Positions 61,828 to 64,000 of a stretch of 64,000 bases of DNA are shown here, one piece after another; within the stretch, counting starts at the first letter, position 1, and the number at the start of each line of letters is the position of its first letter. The stretch lies in assembly GCA_015661155.1 (NCBI GenBank), contig JACVQK010000001.1, positions 24,261 to 88,260 of the forward strand. The letters are read 5' to 3'. Made by a program: the position numbers and the translations under genes. The DNA is from Dehalococcoidia bacterium. GTDB taxonomy: Bacteria; Chloroflexota; Dehalococcoidia; Lucifugimonadales; UBA2985. The notes beneath the pieces are model-generated. The model ran no database searches and was not told where the DNA came from. It worked only from the letters and a program-made list of their open reading frames with translations.

Positions 61828-62445
61828 ATGAACTGGCTTGACATCGTCATCATAGCTGCCTGGGCTCTTGGCCTCTTTATCGGTTGGCGAATGGGGCTCT
61901 TCGGAGCCATCTTCACCACCGGCGGCCTCATCGCGGGGGTCCTTCTGGCGGCGCGCTTCAGCGATAACGTGGCGGGGCTCCTCACCGACTCCATCTCCAG
62001 CGATACCCTGGTCACTGTCATCTCCTATGCCATCATCATTGTCCTGGTCTTCATAGCGGCCCAGCTCCTCAAGGCCATGGTAAAAGGCATCTTCAAGCTG
62101 GTCCTTCTGGGCTGGGTGGATAGCCTGGGGGGGCTGGCCCTGGGCCTGGTGGCGGGAGTGGCCCTGTCGGGTGCCATCATCATGGGGCTGGCCAGATACT
62201 CCAGCGACCTGCCCGTGGAGCTGCTGGAGGAGTTGACTGGAGCAAGCTACCTTGACATTCCCATCGAGAGGACCGGGATACAGGAGAAGCTGAACACCGC
62301 TTTGGTGGAGTCTACCCTGGTTCCAGTCTTTCTGGATGTCAGGGATGCCCTGCCCGGTGAGGCCACGGGTCTTGTTCCCGATGACTTCAGGCTGGCCCTG
62401 GACGTTCTGGAAGCCCAAATAGCGGGAGCAGAGGAGAGGAAGTAA
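61828..62445 (+). CDS. cvpA: CvpA family membrane protein
   Basis: MNWLDIVIIAAWALGLFIGWRMGLF.. 4 TM, typical CvpA N-terminus. Confidence 0.85.
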   Translation: MNWLDIVIIAAWALGLFIGWRMGLFGAIFTTGGLIAGVLLAARFSDNVAGLLTDSISSDTLVTVISYAIIIVLVFIAAQLLKAMVKGIFKLVLLGWVDSLGGLALGLVAGVALSGAIIMGLARYSSDLPVELLEELTGASYLDIPIERTGIQEKLNTALVESTLVPVFLDVRDALPGEATGLVPDDFRLALDVLEAQIAGAEERK

Positions 62446-62463
62446 ACCCCCAGGAAGTCCCCC

Positions 62464-62973
62464 ATGATCAGCGCGCCTGTCCTCTTGCTGAACCAGAACT
62501 ACGAGCCCCTTAACCTGTGCACGGTGCGCCGGGCGGTGGTCCTGCTGGATGGGGGCAAGGCAGAGCTCCTGGAGAACGGCCGGGGGGAGATCAAGACCCC
62601 TTCTCGCGCCGTTCCCATCCCATCGGTGATACGGCTGGTGTACCTGGTCAGGCGTCCCCTTATTCAGCGGAGGCTATCTCGCAAGGAGGTTTTTCTGCGG
62701 GACAAGCACACCTGCCGCTACTGTGGCCGTGAGACCAAGCAGCTCACTCTGGACCACGTCATGCCCCGCTATCGGGGAGGAGCTCACTCCTGGGAGAACG
62801 TGGTCAGCGCTTGTGTATCCTGCAATCACCGCAAGGCGGGGCGCACACCGGAGGAGGCGGGTATCAAGCTAGTAGGAGAGGTGCGCTCCCCCCGGGCAAA
62901 CCCGTACTCTATGTTCCTTCAGCGACCCCTTCAGGATGAATGGCACAGGTTCCTCCCCTGGTTGGACAGCTAG
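62464..62973 (+). CDS. HNH endonuclease
   Basis: CRYCG..LTLDHVMPRYRGGAHSWENVVSACVSCNHRK (HNH with CxxC pairs). Confidence 0.85.
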   Translation: MISAPVLLLNQNYEPLNLCTVRRAVVLLDGGKAELLENGRGEIKTPSRAVPIPSVIRLVYLVRRPLIQRRLSRKEVFLRDKHTCRYCGRETKQLTLDHVMPRYRGGAHSWENVVSACVSCNHRKAGRTPEEAGIKLVGEVRSPRANPYSMFLQRPLQDEWHRFLPWLDS

Positions 62974-62997
62974 CAGGGCGTAAAAGCCCTTGCCAGT

Positions 62998-63152
62998 GCA
63001 TAGAGTCTATCTCAAAACCCTTACCCCCTGTGTCCCCCTCTCCCACACTGCGGGAGAGGGGGAAGAGGATTGAATCTGGGGGACACCCCCAGACCCCCGC
63101 CAAGGGGCTTCGCCCCTCTGGACTCCCTGGAGGCCCTTTTGAGATAGTTTCA
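62998..63152. repeat. composite intergenic repeat, reverse orientation (right arm type 2, core, left arm A-like)
   Basis: CTATCTCAAAACCCTTACCCCCTGTGTCCCCCTCTCCCACACTGCGGGAGAGGGGGAAG..AATCTGGGGGACACCCCCAGACCCCCGCCAAGGGGCTTCGCCCCTCTGGACTCCC..TTTTGAGATAG. Confidence 0.9.
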
Positions 63153-63324
63153 CTGTATCTGGTTGCGTAAGTTCGCGTCCACAAGGTTCGCCCCAGGCCC
63201 GCTCACCCTGAGCTTGTCGAAGGGCGTGAGCGGGATCGATCCTGGACTTGAATAACCAAAAGCCCCCGGTGGGGGCCTTCCCGATTGACTTTTCATCGCT
63301 AGCTGCCTTATCCTGCATACAGAG

Positions 63325-63426
63325 TCAAGCGGGAGCTTGGGTATGCCAGGCTGAGAGGCCCCGCCGCACCGGGGCGACCGTCGGAACCTGAACTGGGTAA
63401 TGCCAGCGAAGGGAGCGTGAGCTTGT
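63325..63426 (+). promoter_or_regulatory. TPP (THI-box) riboswitch
   Basis: P1 CAAGC...GCTTG enclosing ..GCCAGGCTGAGAGG..CGGAACCTGAACTGGGTAATGCCAGCGAAGGGA, which are the conserved CUGAGA and ACCUGA..GGAUAAUGCCAGCG blocks. Directly upstream of thiG. Confidence 0.8.
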
Positions 63427-63438
63427 TCCAACCTCTTG

Positions 63439-63470
63439 ACACCGCTGGCGCTTCCGGCGGTGTTTCGCTT
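63439..63470 (+). terminator. candidate attenuator hairpin of the TPP riboswitch expression platform
   Basis: ACACCGC-N11-GCGGTGT followed by TTCGCTT, 20 nt before the RBS AAAGGAGA. Confidence 0.45.
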
Positions 63471-63490
63471 CCCGGACGCAAAGGAGACTG

Positions 63491-64000
63491 ATGGCTATGC
63501 ATGACCCCCTGGTCATCGCCGGAAGGGAGCTCTCCTCCCGCCTCATCCTGGGCACCGGCAAGTACCGCTCCATGGAGGAGATGGTCAGCGCCATCGAGGC
63601 CTCGGGGACAGGGATGATAACCGTGGCGCTGCGCCGTCTGGACCTGGATGATCCCAACAAGAAGACCCTCTTGGACTACATAGACTGGAGCAGGTATCGT
63701 ATTCTCCCCAATACCGCCGGATGCCGCACTCCGGAGGAGGCTCTCACCGTTGCCAGGCTGGCTCGGGCCATGGGCCTCTCCAACTGGATCAAGCTGGAGG
63801 TCATTCCAGACCCCAAGTATCTCCTTCCCGATCCCGTGGACACCCTGGAGGCGGCCAGAGTCCTCATAAAGGAGGGCTTCGTTGTGCTTCCCTATATCCA
63901 CGCCGACCCCGTCCTGGCCAGAAGGCTACAGGAGATAGGATGTGCCACGGTGATGCCCCTGGGATCGGCCATAGGCTCCGGCCGGGGCATCCACACCGCC
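63491..64000 (+). CDS. thiG: thiazole synthase ThiG (N-terminal 170 aa; runs off window)
   Basis: [52 protein letters not shown]. No stop before the window edge, so it is absent from the ORF track. Confidence 0.9.
   Translation, partial: MAMHDPLVIAGRELSSRLILGTGKYRSMEEMVSAIEASGTGMITVALRRLDLDDPNKKTLLDYIDWSRYRILPNTAGCRTPEEALTVARLARAMGLSNWIKLEVIPDPKYLLPDPVDTLEAARVLIKEGFVVLPYIHADPVLARRLQEIGCATVMPLGSAIGSGRGIHTA

Overview
64-kb high-GC bacterial chromosomal window. Gene content and repeat style look Chloroflexota-like, but the taxon cannot be fixed from sequence alone. I count about 70 protein genes, one tRNA-Gly(UCC) and one TPP riboswitch, with no rRNA and no CRISPR array. Backbone genes: rpsT, relA/spoT, hisS, rph, DUF1015, ligA, pth, gatC-gatA, an Lrp-aminotransferase pair, lysA, holB, PSP1/RicT-like, Sir2 deacylase, recF, NUDIX, UbiA-type prenyltransferase, a heterodimeric ABC exporter, cvpA, HNH and thiG. 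Accessory content: (1) the left edge is a phage-derived packaging/head module (scaffold-like, portal, large terminase) with an opposite-strand low-GC moron. (2) A complete System I cytochrome c maturation cluster (ccmA-F, H, ccdA and accessory genes) has a CxxxY-type CcmE and an atypical CcmH. (3) A putative copper/metal island holds a two-component system, a MacB-type ABC transporter whose ATPase is fused to a YHS domain, cupredoxin-like, DUF2933-like, YHS and His/Met-rich proteins. (4) Small low-GC islets: an AbiTii-like abortive-infection gene, a PD-(D/E)xK nuclease-fold gene bracketed by a 49-bp duplication of the gatA 3' end, a phd/doc-like pair, a decayed IS3-family element, and a ~3.5-kb PKD-repeat surface-protein gene broken at four points. 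The strongest signal not explained by genes is a pervasive family of modular, nested, palindromic intergenic repeats, with at least 14 composite loci and 12 copies of one 24-nt core hairpin. Three operons in the metal/cytochrome region also share a 43-nt upstream architecture with identical spacing. Other oddities: an in-frame TGA separating a signal anchor from its cupredoxin domain, a recF that ends right after Walker B, a Doc toxin frame with no canonical start codon, and ~85-bp inverted repeats bracketing tRNA-Gly and nth. All homology calls come from reading the translations; no searches were run.
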